DNA of 64,000 nucleotides from a virus: the IMG/VR virus record IMGVR_UViG_3300040856_003054, positions 64,001 to 128,000 of that record. One strand, written 5' to 3'. Positions 52,701 through 63,400 of the stretch are shown here, piece after piece. The first letter of the stretch is position 1. The number at the start of each line of letters is the position of its first letter. A program made the translations under genes and the position numbers. The notes under the pieces were generated by a model, which saw only the letters and a program-made list of their open reading frames with translations, did not search any database and was not told where the DNA came from.

Positions 52701-55700
52701 ATGGCAATGATTCCTCCATAGTAAGCGTTGGATCTGGCACAATTACAATACCAGATCACTTCTTTGTAACTGGTGAAGAAGTTAAATATATCTATGCAGG
52801 TGCTGGCACAACACAGGCAATTGGTATTGCACAAACGTCTGTTGTTGGTATAGGGACAACCGACAAATTACCACAAACAGTTTATGTTGTAAAAGTAAAT
52901 GAAAGCACTATTAAATTATCAGGAAGTGCGGAGGATGCTTTAAAAGGAAATCCAAATACATTTGACATTACTTCTGTTGGCATTGACACTTCACATTCTT
53001 TTGTAGCAGTCAATCAAAATACTAAAAACATTATTGCAATTGATAATTATATACAATCTCCGATTGTTTCTACTGCGATAACTACAACATTGTCAAAAGA
53101 CGCTTCTACTGCGGATAATCGTCTTACTTTCTCTGGAATAACTTCTTTCTTTGGTGGCAATTTAATTCAGATTAATGATGAAATTATGAAGATTAACACT
53201 GTTGGTCTTGGAAGCACCAATGTTATTTTGGTTGATCGACCTTGGATGGGAACTGGATTATCAACACACTCTACAGGAGATTTGGTTCGTGTTATTGAAG
53301 GTAATTATAATATTGTTGAGAATACAATACACTTTGCAGAAGCACCTTATGGTCCAACTCCAATAGGTTCTATAACAAATCCACCAAATGATAGAGATTG
53401 GACGGGAATAACAACTCATTCTACTTTCCAAGGTAGAACCTTCCTGAGAAGGGGTACACCTAATACCACACAAGAAACCTACGAATCAAATTATATCTTT
53501 GATGGAATTTCAAACCAGTTCACTGGAATTGGTAAGACATTCACTCTCACTACCAACAATCAAAATATAACAGGTTTCTCCACAAATAATGCAGTCGTAC
53601 TTATTAATGGCGTATTTCAAGGACCTCAAGGAGCGCAAGCAGAACTTGAAGATTATACTTTAGTAGAAAGTGTAGGCATTTCTAGCATTAGATTCACTGG
53701 AACTGCATCATCTGTTGGTTATGATATCAATAGCGGAAATATTCCTGTTGGTGGAGTAATAGTTTCAGTTGGTTCAACATCAGGATTTGGTTTACAACCA
53801 CTAGTCGCTGCTGGAGGTACTGCAACTGTTTCTGTAGGAGGAACAATTTCATCTATTAGTATTGGTAATAGTGGTTCTGGTTATAGAATTGGTATTCAGA
53901 CAGTGGTTAATGTTGGAGTTCAAACCTCAAGTACAGGAACTCCAAATATTGAGTTTATTGGAACTGCATCTGTCAGTAATGGACACGTAATTGGAGTGAC
54001 CATAACAAATCCAGGATTCGGTTATACTTCATCAAATCCACCATTAGTTATTTTTGATTATCCACTCTCATATACCAATATTCCGCTCATTTACAGCTCT
54101 TCCTCATCCCAAGGAATAGGAACAGAAGCAAAAGTAGATATTGTTGTTGGTCAAGGATCTAGTGTAATAGATTTTACAATCAAGAATACTGGATATGGAT
54201 ATGGCCAAAATGAAATTTTAACCATGGAAATTGGAGGTAATATTGGAATTCCCACTGATACATCAAAACCATATTCAGAGTTCCAAATTGTAATTAATAA
54301 AACTTACAATGACTTTTTCTCTGGATGGACTCTTGGCCAACTTGAGGTCCTTGATAGTTTTGAAGATTTATTCAATGGAGTGACAAAGAAGTTTCCACTC
54401 AAACTTAATGATAGTTTGGTCACTATTCGCTCCGCAAAGGGTTCAAATATTGATGTTAAATCAACATTATTAATATTCCTTAACGATATTCTTCAGAAAC
54501 CCGGTGAAGCATATTTCTTTGAAGGTGGAAGTGTAGTTGAATTTAGTGAAGCACCTAAGGAAGGTGATACAGTGAAGGTTATATTCTACAAAGGTAGTGG
54601 AGACATTGATGTTATTTTCAGAGATATTCTTGAAACAATCAAAGTTGGTGATGAAGTTACATTAAATTATGAACCGGGATTTGATCAAGGATTTGGACTT
54701 CAACAAGAAGAAAGAGTTATTACTGGCATTAATACAACTGATTCACTAGAAACTAATCCATATTCAGGTCCAGGTATCACAACAGACGATACTCTAATAA
54801 GACCAATCAAGTGGTGCAAACAAACCTTTGATAAGATTATTAATGGAAGAATTGTTGGAAAAGATAGAATTCAGTACGAACCACTTATCAATCCATCTTC
54901 TTACTTGATTAGTGCTGTTGGATTTGGTTCGACAACAATTTATGTTGATAATATCAAACCATTCTTTGATGCACAAAATGAAAGTCCATTACTTAGTTTC
55001 CAAAATCAAGTTACCTTTGTTTCTCAGAATTCTTTAGTTGCATCTTCTGCAACATCAGTTGTTTCTATTTCAGGTACAATAACTTCAATTGATATCGTTG
55101 AAGGTGGTTATGGATATTCATCCGCACCGATAGTGACAATTGAAAATCCAGTAGGACTTGCAGTTTCGTATAGAGCAACAGCAACTTCTACGATTTCCTC
55201 TGGAGTTGTTGATTCCATACAGATTGTAAATCCTGGTATTGGTTATACAATTACAAACCCACCTTCTGTTCTTATTGAACCGCCAACATTATCTAAGGAA
55301 ACTATTGATGTTAATGTTTATTCTGGAGACTCTGGAATTCTTGTTGGAGTTGGAACAACAACTTTAACTACAATATTTGATTTGTATATTCCAACAGATT
55401 CCTTCTTAAGAGATAATACTCTAGTTGGTTCCGCAATTACAGTAAGTGGAATATCTACGGGAGATTTCTTCATAGTTTATAATTCAAATATTGGAAGTAT
55501 ATCAACATCTATTAACTCATATGACTCTTCTGATAATATAATTGGTGTCGGCACACAGTATATCGATAACGTATATCAGGTTTCTAATGTAGAAACTATC
55601 CAATCTAATGTTATTGGAGTGGGAACTACAGCGATTAGAAGAGTTTACATTAAATCTGGAATTACTACAACATTTGACTCCATATATTCTGGATTTTCTA

Positions 55701-55864
55701 CTTCAAATTATCATGGAAATTATAGTTGGGGCAAAATTGAATTGTCTAATCCAATTCAAACTCTTAATTTTGAATCATATACCTTAAATGGTATTGGTGG
55801 AATATCTACATCAACTTTAGTGAATAGAAGTTCACCTCTTAAATATTTGAATTATACATCATAG
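43784..55864 (+). CDS. gp7: giant baseplate wedge initiator gp7-like protein (4026 aa) with YHYH-like domain
   Basis: N-terminal Q.P.FI.EE.PL..EFL.QYY, SKGT..SFKILF..LYG; HSPIIGW.YDG.PIYGPYG..DLDE.NGR; GSGY..PP repeats; lies between gp6 and gp8. Confidence 0.85.
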   Translation: MSETRVKIQSIIENQIPDFIAEESPLLIEFLKQYYISQEYPGGSSDLIQNIDKYTKLNEISKSEESTILLSDISFSDTTITVRDPIFTKGFPDRYGIIQVDNEIITYTSKTLTTFEGCIRGFSGVTSYTKPNRPEELVFTSSVAEDHLAGAIVYNLSSLFLQQFLRKIKYQFIPGFSDRSFDSNLNENLFIKQSKDFYDSKGTDKSFKILFAALYGENVEVIKPRDYLFKPSDAGYRRTKDLVVESLLGNPLDLLNKTLYQDEYSDYGIEESYASITDVEKIFLGGKEYFKLSFDSDFDKDIILDGSLYGNFSLHPKTINISSVSAGSTILDVDSTIGFPTSGTIITKYSNGSEASLTYNGKSVTQFYNVINISSEISSGEEIRLDVYAYGYSGITTENKITVRVGSVLEEVEILENTYLFEKNDTARIKTLGISLDNAKTSNWIENIANNYKVASFLLQDISNYTYDLTLYDNHNFRIGDKLNIISSNSESNDSIVIDVLDEKRISIRGQGQLNSNLSYIVSRYILKPNSSLYSYLDNGTANIQNVYTNYFDEVLVASSSIPFYYDQLLNPFDKKVTFSGNFSGIVLQITSSGRDHGFYTGDKVYYSPGKIVTSTTGVDGEIVNVTTESKFPELVEGLYYVKRVNSTSISLSKSPSSLANNEFISVSGTVTSNTISYYDFANKSLQPQNILREVTNPVNKSGNYETNPGKIGILVNGVEILNYKSAETIFYGQIDNLEVSSRGSGYDVLNPPSLDISDPQGIGATGICAVNGSLQRIEIIDPGFDYVNKPFVTITGGNGKNALAEINMVSVEHNSFFNAESSSANVNLFTDTIGFATYHKFRDYERVIYLPDGQKGIAGLTTEASYYVSVIDGFNVKLHEKESEAISGINTVNLNDYGTGIHRFKAAVRKEVISDIIVTNSGEGYQNKERSISVSGISTALSTINIESHGYLTGEEIVYSTNGAVISGLNTASQYIVKKIDENSFKLASVGLGTTSKTYYLETEQFIKFGSTGSGTHTFNYTPIDVNITGNIGVSTLFGQDFSAKIQPIFRGSIDSVYLTTKGSNYGSEEVINYNRQPIFDLISGTGAELITIVNNQGKIAEVLVSRPGSGYNSPPNLLINGKGNYAKLTPIIENGQLVEVKVINGGIGYDGGTTIDAIPAGQNCRLFANIQKWTVNLFQKYFNILGDDDGVVTLSDRDSYGLQYCHLYSPRKLRQSLYAKSQDGSNVSNVIDDLTLYGITDLREVNNEEISSTYHSPIIGWSYDGNPIYGPYGYSTPTGGTAKSMVSGYELVSKPNRPSLTYFAQGFFNEDYEFKGNGDLDEHNGRFCITPDFPNGVYAYFSTISSGSVDTDGPFRGYKRPTYPYLIGTSFYSQPNSFNFSKESNQDEYKFDSFKWFRSTLNYALKSSNSSYNYIFNPDKVKNQTVNVNYASRGKVETIGILTGGTNYNVGDRLIFDNSGTGGLNAAAKVEKVFSKDVTNVSASTTSFSSVEFSTLDGSGQIIGFTTAPHGLKNLELVNVSGLNTYFSKIEGTYNIGVRTDNFITTLGISTIGVTGLTTYFYLSGILDFPYIRENDILGIGTQEKVKVLNVDSTSGRIRVLRGYDSTVSSAYTATTPLYEDPRKFRINTGFKTDYAYSVNREIYFNPQESVGIGTSASVGVGTIVVFSLPGVGVTQVFVPYQSIYLPNHQLRTGEKVNYSTNGGSEILVFDGISSFSLPQTQDLYVANISNNFIGVSTVKIGLGSTGFVGVGTTNSVGLLFFDNFGTGDYHSFTTRRESIIGEISKNIVTVATASTHGLSVGDTVDMVSVPKDTETIVVKYNDNSRRVVFKPQSFLAINVDTSEDTIYIENHGFKNGDKVVYTSASPSGGLSNEGIYYILYYTKDKVRLCSTKYDLNLNVPNYVNITSASDGTLSLINPQLNIYRNKVVVFDLSDSSLSYLSGPTLYSAFDLNFYKDADYKYEFEGTGISRNFEVIRSGRVGIDTTARVSILLNDSVPDNFFYSLENINEDFIGDIKKEIIVDTEVYNHNQINIISSKYTGSHRITGIGTTNAFTFDLTDYPETDSYDQITSNLYYETNSSTAYGAISRVNIINGGYNYQFTPGISTVISNHGSGAIFEVQSNSIGSIIKDEIEDIGFDYPTDLTLSPSLNLPEILQIEPLASFVDITILSAGKNYLTPPGLVVIDGFTKKVVSDVDLRYEIGATKVIIVKNTYGMYNTTPTIIPINNSNGVGINTISYNSTTKDVTVGFNTGFSDVFPFSVGDEVLIENTSVGVGSTAKGYNSSAYDYKLFTVTSVNSALGGNTGSITYNLSDYLFAGEFPGIPDLSVSTGRVVNSNDFPIFDIKLKKNDFFVGESAISQSGIGIVESWNNKIEYLKVSTDSDLLVGETLTGQSSNTRGVIKKKIDFNSFIKLSAISKVNKGWIYDTGFLNNNVQRIADNNYYQYFSYSLKSRVPLETWNDSVQSLNHTSGFLKFSDLMIENQDVDITSAKVFTEDSIADLTVDIVGKGNLNCVYTFDLATEKTTRIGNGLVSNEIILQNRVLTDYFESIGNRVLIIDDISDQFNSNPRSTRFSTVDEFELASARTKKYFTYVRDKRFTAERQILIVSLLHDGTYGYLNQYGRVETYIDLGSFDFNISGTLGQLNFYPIKYSVNDYDISLVSHDLKSNISGIGQSSLGNIVDLKSSQSTIPSGSSSATNIVSIANTYRSAKVLVEIGFVDGSYYEFDEINLLQDGTNVDIVDYGQITDNTITNPYGIPGLGTYIPYIDGSNIKIDFKPNSVLGVGVTINTLTISIASSISSPIGIGTEELITGYISSGISSITASVSPVENIITEYPNNHACAYYIVSVEDTTNQKYQMSEVIVIDDGNDTSITEYGIIQTHSSLGAVGAAVSTNGTQLTFTPEPNIDVQVRVFQNALSLEKINVDQNSIDFTNAEITSNFGIYEGTDRSVKRSFDLTHNQSPIFLRYFDGNDSSIVSVGSGTITIPDHFFVTGEEVKYIYAGAGTTQAIGIAQTSVVGIGTTDKLPQTVYVVKVNESTIKLSGSAEDALKGNPNTFDITSVGIDTSHSFVAVNQNTKNIIAIDNYIQSPIVSTAITTTLSKDASTADNRLTFSGITSFFGGNLIQINDEIMKINTVGLGSTNVILVDRPWMGTGLSTHSTGDLVRVIEGNYNIVENTIHFAEAPYGPTPIGSITNPPNDRDWTGITTHSTFQGRTFLRRGTPNTTQETYESNYIFDGISNQFTGIGKTFTLTTNNQNITGFSTNNAVVLINGVFQGPQGAQAELEDYTLVESVGISSIRFTGTASSVGYDINSGNIPVGGVIVSVGSTSGFGLQPLVAAGGTATVSVGGTISSISIGNSGSGYRIGIQTVVNVGVQTSSTGTPNIEFIGTASVSNGHVIGVTITNPGFGYTSSNPPLVIFDYPLSYTNIPLIYSSSSSQGIGTEAKVDIVVGQGSSVIDFTIKNTGYGYGQNEILTMEIGGNIGIPTDTSKPYSEFQIVINKTYNDFFSGWTLGQLEVLDSFEDLFNGVTKKFPLKLNDSLVTIRSAKGSNIDVKSTLLIFLNDILQKPGEAYFFEGGSVVEFSEAPKEGDTVKVIFYKGSGDIDVIFRDILETIKVGDEVTLNYEPGFDQGFGLQQEERVITGINTTDSLETNPYSGPGITTDDTLIRPIKWCKQTFDKIINGRIVGKDRIQYEPLINPSSYLISAVGFGSTTIYVDNIKPFFDAQNESPLLSFQNQVTFVSQNSLVASSATSVVSISGTITSIDIVEGGYGYSSAPIVTIENPVGLAVSYRATATSTISSGVVDSIQIVNPGIGYTITNPPSVLIEPPTLSKETIDVNVYSGDSGILVGVGTTTLTTIFDLYIPTDSFLRDNTLVGSAITVSGISTGDFFIVYNSNIGSISTSINSYDSSDNIIGVGTQYIDNVYQVSNVETIQSNVIGVGTTAIRRVYIKSGITTTFDSIYSGFSTSNYHGNYSWGKIELSNPIQTLNFESYTLNGIGGISTSTLVNRSSPLKYLNYTS

Positions 55865-55897
55865 AAATAACTAATAAATAAATAAAAACTCTGCAAA

Positions 55898-57466
55898 ATG
55901 TCTGCAATAATTACTGATCAACTTCGTATATTAAATGCAAAGAATTTTATAGCAGGAGTTGCTTCCACTAGTAACTCCTATTATTCTTTTGTTGGATTAC
56001 CAAATCCTACTGATTATAATGTTGATTGGAATACCAGTCCACCATCACCAGTGGATAATTTTAATCAAGAGAACAATCATTGGGATACAATGATTGCGAT
56101 GAAAAAGATATCTAAGACAGATGTAAGACAAGTAATTAGAAAAATTACTTGGACATCTGGCGTTACTTATGATATGTATCGTCATGATATCAGTGCAACA
56201 AATCCTTCACAACCATCGAATGCTGTAGATTTATATTCTGCAAACTACTATGTTCTGAACAGCGACTATAGAGTTTATATTTGTCTACAGAATGGATCTT
56301 CTCCAGAAAATCCATCAGGAAGACCTTCGCTTGATGAACCAACATTCACCGACTTAGAACCAAGAGAAGCAGGCACTAGTGGTGATGGTTATGTTTGGAA
56401 GTATCTTTATACAATTAGTCCAAGTGACATTGTAAAGTTTGATTCAACAAACTATATGCCAGTTCCTCCCGACTGGGAAACCAGTTCTAGAGAGGCGGCA
56501 GTTAGAAATAATGCATCAACAAGTGGTCAATTAAAAATTGTTACGATCACAAATAGAGGTGTTGGATTAGGAACTGCAAATAGAACTTATACAAGAGTAC
56601 CAATTCGTGGTGATGGTTCTGGCGCAGAAGCAACGGTCGTAATTAATAATGATTCAAAAGTTGAAAGTGTAACAGTTTCTAATGGTGGTTCTGGATATAC
56701 TTTTGGAACTCTGGATTTAGTTGGCGGTAACGTTCCAACTGGCACAACATCTCCGGTCTTTAATGTTATTATTCCACCTCAAGGAGGACACGGAGCAGAC
56801 GTTTATAAAGAGTTGGGTGCCTACAACGTTCTTCTATATTCAAGAATTGAAAATGATACAGAAAATCCAGATTTCATTACCGGAAATCAAATTGCAAGAG
56901 TTGGTATTGTTGAAAGTCCATTAAGTTATGATTCTGATAGCATTTTAACCTTAGATAAAGCAAGCGCAGTTTATGCACTCAAACTTTCCGGAATTGGATA
57001 TAGTTCTGTTGTTTTTAACGCAGACACTCAAATTACGCAAACAATTGGTGTTGGATCAACTGCTTTTGGAAGAGTAATTTCATATGATCAAAGCACAGGT
57101 GTACTGAAGTATTGGCAAGATAGATTCCATTGTGGTTTTAATACCAATGGAACTCAAAATGCAGCACCAACATATGGATTTACGATGCATAGATTTACCG
57201 CCGACATTGGAAGCGGTGGTTCTTTCAACATTCTGGGTGGAAGTGCAACACTTGCTATCCAAACTACATTTGGAAGTGAAAGTAATCCTGGTATTAGTAC
57301 CATAATAAATAGTAGGACATACTACTTGGGTCAACAATTTATTAAAGGTGTGTCTCAACCAGAAGTTCAAAAGTACTCTGGAAATATTATTTACGTTGAC
57401 AATAGACCATCAATTACTCGGTCAACAAACCAAAAAGAAGATATCAAAGTTATTTTGCAATTCTAA
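55898..57466 (+). CDS. gp8: baseplate wedge subunit gp8
   Basis: MSAIITDQ.RI.NA.NF, VY.CL.N, DGY.WKYLY.I, GHG.D...ELG, SG.IIY.DNR..I.R...Q.EDIK..LQF; late promoter at 55873. Confidence 0.93.
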   Translation: MSAIITDQLRILNAKNFIAGVASTSNSYYSFVGLPNPTDYNVDWNTSPPSPVDNFNQENNHWDTMIAMKKISKTDVRQVIRKITWTSGVTYDMYRHDISATNPSQPSNAVDLYSANYYVLNSDYRVYICLQNGSSPENPSGRPSLDEPTFTDLEPREAGTSGDGYVWKYLYTISPSDIVKFDSTNYMPVPPDWETSSREAAVRNNASTSGQLKIVTITNRGVGLGTANRTYTRVPIRGDGSGAEATVVINNDSKVESVTVSNGGSGYTFGTLDLVGGNVPTGTTSPVFNVIIPPQGGHGADVYKELGAYNVLLYSRIENDTENPDFITGNQIARVGIVESPLSYDSDSILTLDKASAVYALKLSGIGYSSVVFNADTQITQTIGVGSTAFGRVISYDQSTGVLKYWQDRFHCGFNTNGTQNAAPTYGFTMHRFTADIGSGGSFNILGGSATLAIQTTFGSESNPGISTIINSRTYYLGQQFIKGVSQPEVQKYSGNIIYVDNRPSITRSTNQKEDIKVILQF

Positions 57467-57472
57467 GGAATT

Positions 57473-60400
57473 ATGTCTCAAGAAACCAACCTCAACGTAG
57501 CTCCATACTTTGACGATTACAATGAACCAGTAATTGGCGGTAAAGATAACAATTATTACAAAGTTCTATTTAAACCCGGATATCCAGTTCAAGCAAGAGA
57601 ATTAACAACATTACAATCTATTCTACAAAATCAAGTAGAACAGTTTGGTAATCACTTCTTCAAAGAAGGTGCAAAGGTAATTCCAGGTAACTTAACTTAT
57701 ATTCAAAATTATTATGCAGTACAAGTTGAAAGTAATTTCTTAGGTATTCCCGTATCATTATATCTTGATAACTTAGTAGGAACTCAAATCCGAGGTGAAA
57801 ATTCTGGTGTTGTTGCAATTATCAGAAAAGTAATTACGTCAGAGGAGTCGGAAAGAGGAAATATTACACTTTATGTTGACTATTATCAGTCAAATCAAAA
57901 TAACCTTTCCACAAGAGATTTTGAAGATGGCGAAAATTTAATTACTGACTCAAATATTGCTTTTGGTAATACTTTTATTTCTGCTGGAGAGGGATTTGCA
58001 AGAACAATCGCTACTAATTCTACTGCGATTGGTTCTGCATTTGCATTAGGCGCAGGAGTTTACTTTATCAGAGGTTATTTGGTTGATGTTGCTGATGAAA
58101 CTCTAATCCTGGACCAATATACCAATACTCCAAGTTATAGAGTAGGTTTTGATGTTATTGAGGAAATTATATCCGCAGATGTTGATCCTAATCTAAATGA
58201 TAATGCAAATGGTTTTAATAACTTTGCAGCACCAGGTGCTGATAGATTAAAAATAACAGCACAACTATCAAAAAAACCAATAGATTCGTTTGATTATCCA
58301 AACTTTATTGAACTTGCAAATGTAAAAGATGGTGTCCTCAGAAAAATAAACAAAAATACTGAGTACAATCTTTTAGCAGATGAGTTTGCAAGAAGGACCT
58401 TTGATGAATCTGGCCATTACTATATTAAAGCATTTAATACTTATTGTAGAGAAAGTTTAAATGATGGAAAGGGAAATAATGGAATTTATTTGGAGAATCA
58501 ATTAACTTCTTCTGGAACTTTACCCTCCGAAGATTCTTTAGTTTATAAAATCAGTCCAGGAAAAGCGTATGTAAGAGGATATGAAGTAGAAACGATTGCT
58601 CCAATTTTCTTAGATGCACCAAAAACAAGAACAACTAAGTTATTGGAAAATCAATCCGTTAACTTTAGTTTTGGATTTTCTTTAAATCTGAACAGAGTTT
58701 CTGGATCTCCTTCTATTGGAATTAATACTTCTTCAACTATTAGTTTAAGAAATGAAAGAGTTGGTTTAAGTTCATATACTCCTGCAGGAAAAGAGATAGG
58801 AATTGCAAGAGTTTATGATTTTGCTCTAGAATCTGGTGGATATGAGTTAGAAAATCAAAATATCAATAGATGGGATATTTCTTTATTTGATGTTCAAACA
58901 TATGGTGACTTAACACTTAACCAACCAATTACACTGAATACTCCAACTTACATTAGAGGTGATTCTAGTGGTGCTACTGCATTCCTAAAGAATAATGTAT
59001 CTGTTGGAACTGCGCTCACAGTTTATCAAATTTCAGGAAACTTTATTAATGGTGAGAAACTAGTATTTGATAGTACTAATGATACTAGAGTAAGTATTGG
59101 TTTTACGAACTATGGCATTTCTGAAGTAAAATCTTTATATGCAAATGTAGGTGCATCAAAAACTTTCTCTGCAGATACTTTACAATCAGTTTCTGCATTA
59201 GTTGGTAATGGCAATGCTACTATTACAGGTTTTTCTGCAGGTGTAGCAACAGTAACGAGTCCAACAGTTGCTTTTCCTGGAATTGTAACTACCGGTAATT
59301 TGATTCAGTACACAAGACCTGGGTTTACTGTAAAATCATTTGCAAAAGTTGATGAAGTTTTAACAAATTCTATTATCGTCAGTGGTATTACTACAGTAAC
59401 TGGAGTTTGTGATGGTGGATTACCTGCATCATCAACTACCGTGAATGATCTTTCTGTTCTTTATACAAGACTTCCAGGAACACAAAACGACGAAAAATTA
59501 TTCTCAACTCTTCCTAAGTCAAATGTCAATTCTGTAGATTTGACCGGTTCAACAATAATAATAAGAAAAGAGTTCAGCACTTCTATCGTAGATAACTCTA
59601 CATCACCAATAACTGCAGATTCTAATGAGGTATTTTTACCTTTTGATGAAGAGAGATATGTTTTAACTAGATCTGACGGAACTATTGAAGTACTGACAGA
59701 AGATAGATTTCAATATTTCAATGGTTCTAATGAAATTGTAATCAATGGTTTAGGTAGTAACGATGCGAATTGTAAACTTATTGCGACTCTTAGAAAAAGT
59801 TCAATAACTTCTAAAGTTAAGAGAAAGGCACGTATAGAATCTTTAGTTGTAAATAAATCTAAGTATGATTATTCGGGAACTGGTTCAACATCAAAAAATG
59901 ATGGTTTAGTTTTCGGAGATTATCCATTTGGAACAAGAGTTCAGGATGAAAAAATTTGTTTAAATGTTCCTGACGTTATTAAGATACATGCGATTTATGA
60001 ATCAACTAATACATCAGATCCAGTATTACCCAGTATAACTGTTGGTTCTTTAGATGGACCTAGTTCCACGACTAGTGATTTAATTATTGGAGAAGAATTT
60101 GTTGGAACAATTAGTGGTGCAAGAGCACTTCTTGCCGAAAGATTAGATAGTTCTAAAGTATCATTTGTATATTTAAACGAAAGCGTCTTTAGTGATGGAG
60201 AAGTTGTCGAATTTTTAGAATCTAGTGTTAATGGAATTTCTTTTGCATTAAACCAAGGAAGTAAAAATATAACAAGTAACTATAATTTTAATAATGGACA
60301 GAAATTAACTCATTATGATTATAGTTATATTTTAAGAAAACAAAATGTAAAAGAACCTTTGAGAAAATTAAGAATTATATATTCTCAAGCTTTCTACGAT

Positions 60401-63400
60401 TCATCAGATAGTGGCGATATAACTACAGCAAGTTCATATGATAGTTTTGATTATGGAAAAGAAGTGCAGTTGGTGGATATATTCAGAAACACTGATATGT
60501 TGGACGCCAGGCCAAGGGTCAGCAACTATGCAGTTGCTGAAGGAATAAGATCTCCATTTGAATTTGAAGGAAGATCATTTACAGGTGGAAACCATAGTTC
60601 AGATCATGTGTTAGCATCTGATGAGTCTGAAACAATAGCATTTACGTATTATTTGCCAAGAATTGACAGAATTTATCTTACTAGAGATGGTAGTTTTCAG
60701 TTAAAATTAGGCGAGCCCTCTGATAATCCAAAGCTTCCAGAAGAAGTATCTAATGGATTAAATATTGCAAATATTGCTTTACCACCATATCTTTATAATG
60801 TAAGAGATGTAGAAATAACTTTTGTTGACCATAAGAGATATCAAATGAGTGATATCTTTAGATTGGAAAACAGAATCAAGAATCTTGAGTATTATACTAG
60901 TTTGTCTCTTCTTGAGAACAATACGGCAAATCTATTCATTTCAGATTCTGTTGGTTTCAATAGATTTAAGTCAGGATTCTTAATTGATAATTTTTCTTCT
61001 GTCGGCGTACAAGATAATAGTATAGGTGTAAAAAATAGCGTAGACCTAGAGAATGGTCAATTGAGACCATCTCATTATACAACTTCATTGAATTTGGAGA
61101 TTGGTTCTGATGCCATAACAGGAATTGGAACAACGACAAATGCAAATCAAGATAGAAAATATTTAAACAATATCCTGGGGACAAATATTAAGAGAACGGG
61201 CGATGTTATTAGTTTAGATTATGACGATACTGTTTGGTTAGAACAACCATTTGCTACAAGAGTTGAAAACGTAACTCCATACCTAGTAAAAACTTGGGAA
61301 GGAACAATTCAACTAGAACCCACTGTCGATGTTTGGATTGATGTTAATCTTTTAGAAATTAGGGATGTTAGAGTTGAAGGTTCGTTCCAAGGTGTAGCGG
61401 AAGCCCTAAGAGCAGAGATCCAAGACACTGCTGATGGTTCAAGATTGGGAGTTAGCCCAATAATTTGGAACTCTTGGGAAACAAATAACATAAGACAAAA
61501 TCTTGGAATGACTTTGACAGCGAGTATGGACACTACTCAAAACAGTTTCCAAACTGGCGCAAGAACTAAAGAAGGAACACCTATAGTTCAAACAGACACA
61601 ACATCAACTCTCAATATTGGTGGAAGTGTAAGTCTCACAACCAATTTAGATCAAAGAAGAACAGGTGTTCAGCATACGGTTAGAGAACAAATTAATACAG
61701 AATCTCTTGGTGATAGAGTTATTAGTAGAAATATTATTCAATTCATGCGTTCAAGAAACATTGAATTTACTGCAAGACGCATGAAACCAAATACTCAATT
61801 ATATACATTCTTTGATGGTGTAGATGTATCCAGCTTCTGTACGCCAAAATTACTTGAAATTGAAATGACATCAGGAACATTCTTGATTGGTGAAGGTGTT
61901 TTTGCAGAATCTGGCGTTTTCCAAACAGTTGAGGGTGTTGATCCCAATTCTCTACCATATATTGAGTTTAGACTTGCTACACCAAATCATAAATATGGAC
62001 CATATAACAACCCAACTGATTTTTATGATGAAAATCCATATGACAGGGGAAATACACTCCCAGCAACGTATTCATCAACTACTACTGTTTTAAATATTGA
62101 TACCTTCAGTCTTGCAAACGAAAGACAACCATTGTTCTGGGGAAATGCAAGACCTGGAATGATTTTAAGAGGAATCACTAGTAGAGCAACTGCAGTAGTT
62201 AAGAGTGTCAGACTTGTAACTGATAGATTGGGAACACTTCAGGGCAGTTTCTTTATTCCTGATGGAAATGTTTCAAATAATCCAATTTTTGAAACTGGTA
62301 GATCCGTCTTCAGATTAACAAACAGTTCTACTAATTCTAGAATTGAAGGCATATCTACAACATCTGCTGAGGAGATATTCTACTCGCAAGGTGATATTGA
62401 TAATACTCAGCAAGTTACTCTTTCTTTAAGAAATGCAAGAGTTGAGCATGAGGATTTTGAAGAAACTAGAACTCTTAGTGTGTCCACTACGGCAACCGCA
62501 AATGCAACTGCTCAGACCACAGAATCTCGCCAACAAAGACACCTTGACCCTCTCGCACAATCATTCTATGTAGATGATGAAACTGGTATTTTTGTAACTA
62601 AACTTGACGTTTTCTTTAGGACAAAAGATTCTACTCTTCCAGTTTACTGTCAACTTAGAGAAGTTGAAATCGGCATACCTACTAAAAAAATTATTCCATT
62701 CTCCGAAATTGAACTTGCGCCAGATAAAGTTAATATATCAAATGATGCTAGCGTACCAACATCATTTGAATTTGAATCACCAATTTATCTAAATGGACAA
62801 ACTGAATACGCATTTGTTCTTCTATCAGATTCTACAGAATATACTGCCTGGATTTCTAGATTGGGAGAAGCGGATGTAACTTCTGCAGCAAATGAATCGG
62901 GTCAAGTTCTTGTATCTGCACAACCATTATTAGGTTCTCTATTTAAATCACAGAATGCTTCCACCTGGGATGCAAGTCAATATGAAGACCTGAAGTTTAT
63001 TTTACATAGAGCAAGTTTTATTTCTAATGGTTCGGTTCAGTTCTTTAATCCAACATTACCAACAAATGGAGTTGACGTTTTAAGAAATAATCCATTTGAT
63101 ATTGATTCAAAAACTATTAGAATAGGAATTGGAACAACAGTCAATGATTCTGACTTATCTAATGGAAACACTATTATCCAATTGCAATCAAATGCAACAG
63201 GAACTCTTATTGGCCTTGCTGGAACAATATCATCTTTAAATATAACAAATTCTGGTATTGGTTATACGCCTAGTGCAGGTCAAACTACATTTAATAATTT
63301 AACACTATCTAATATTTCCGGAACAGGAAAGAATGGAACTGCAGATGTTACTATTTCCAATGGAATAGCAATTGCCGCAACAGTTTCTGATGGTGGTTAT

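Noticed and set aside
316-57370. Minus-strand ORFs in the track
   Set aside because: Nearly all overlap better + strand genes, have biased low-complexity translations and lack RBS or motifs
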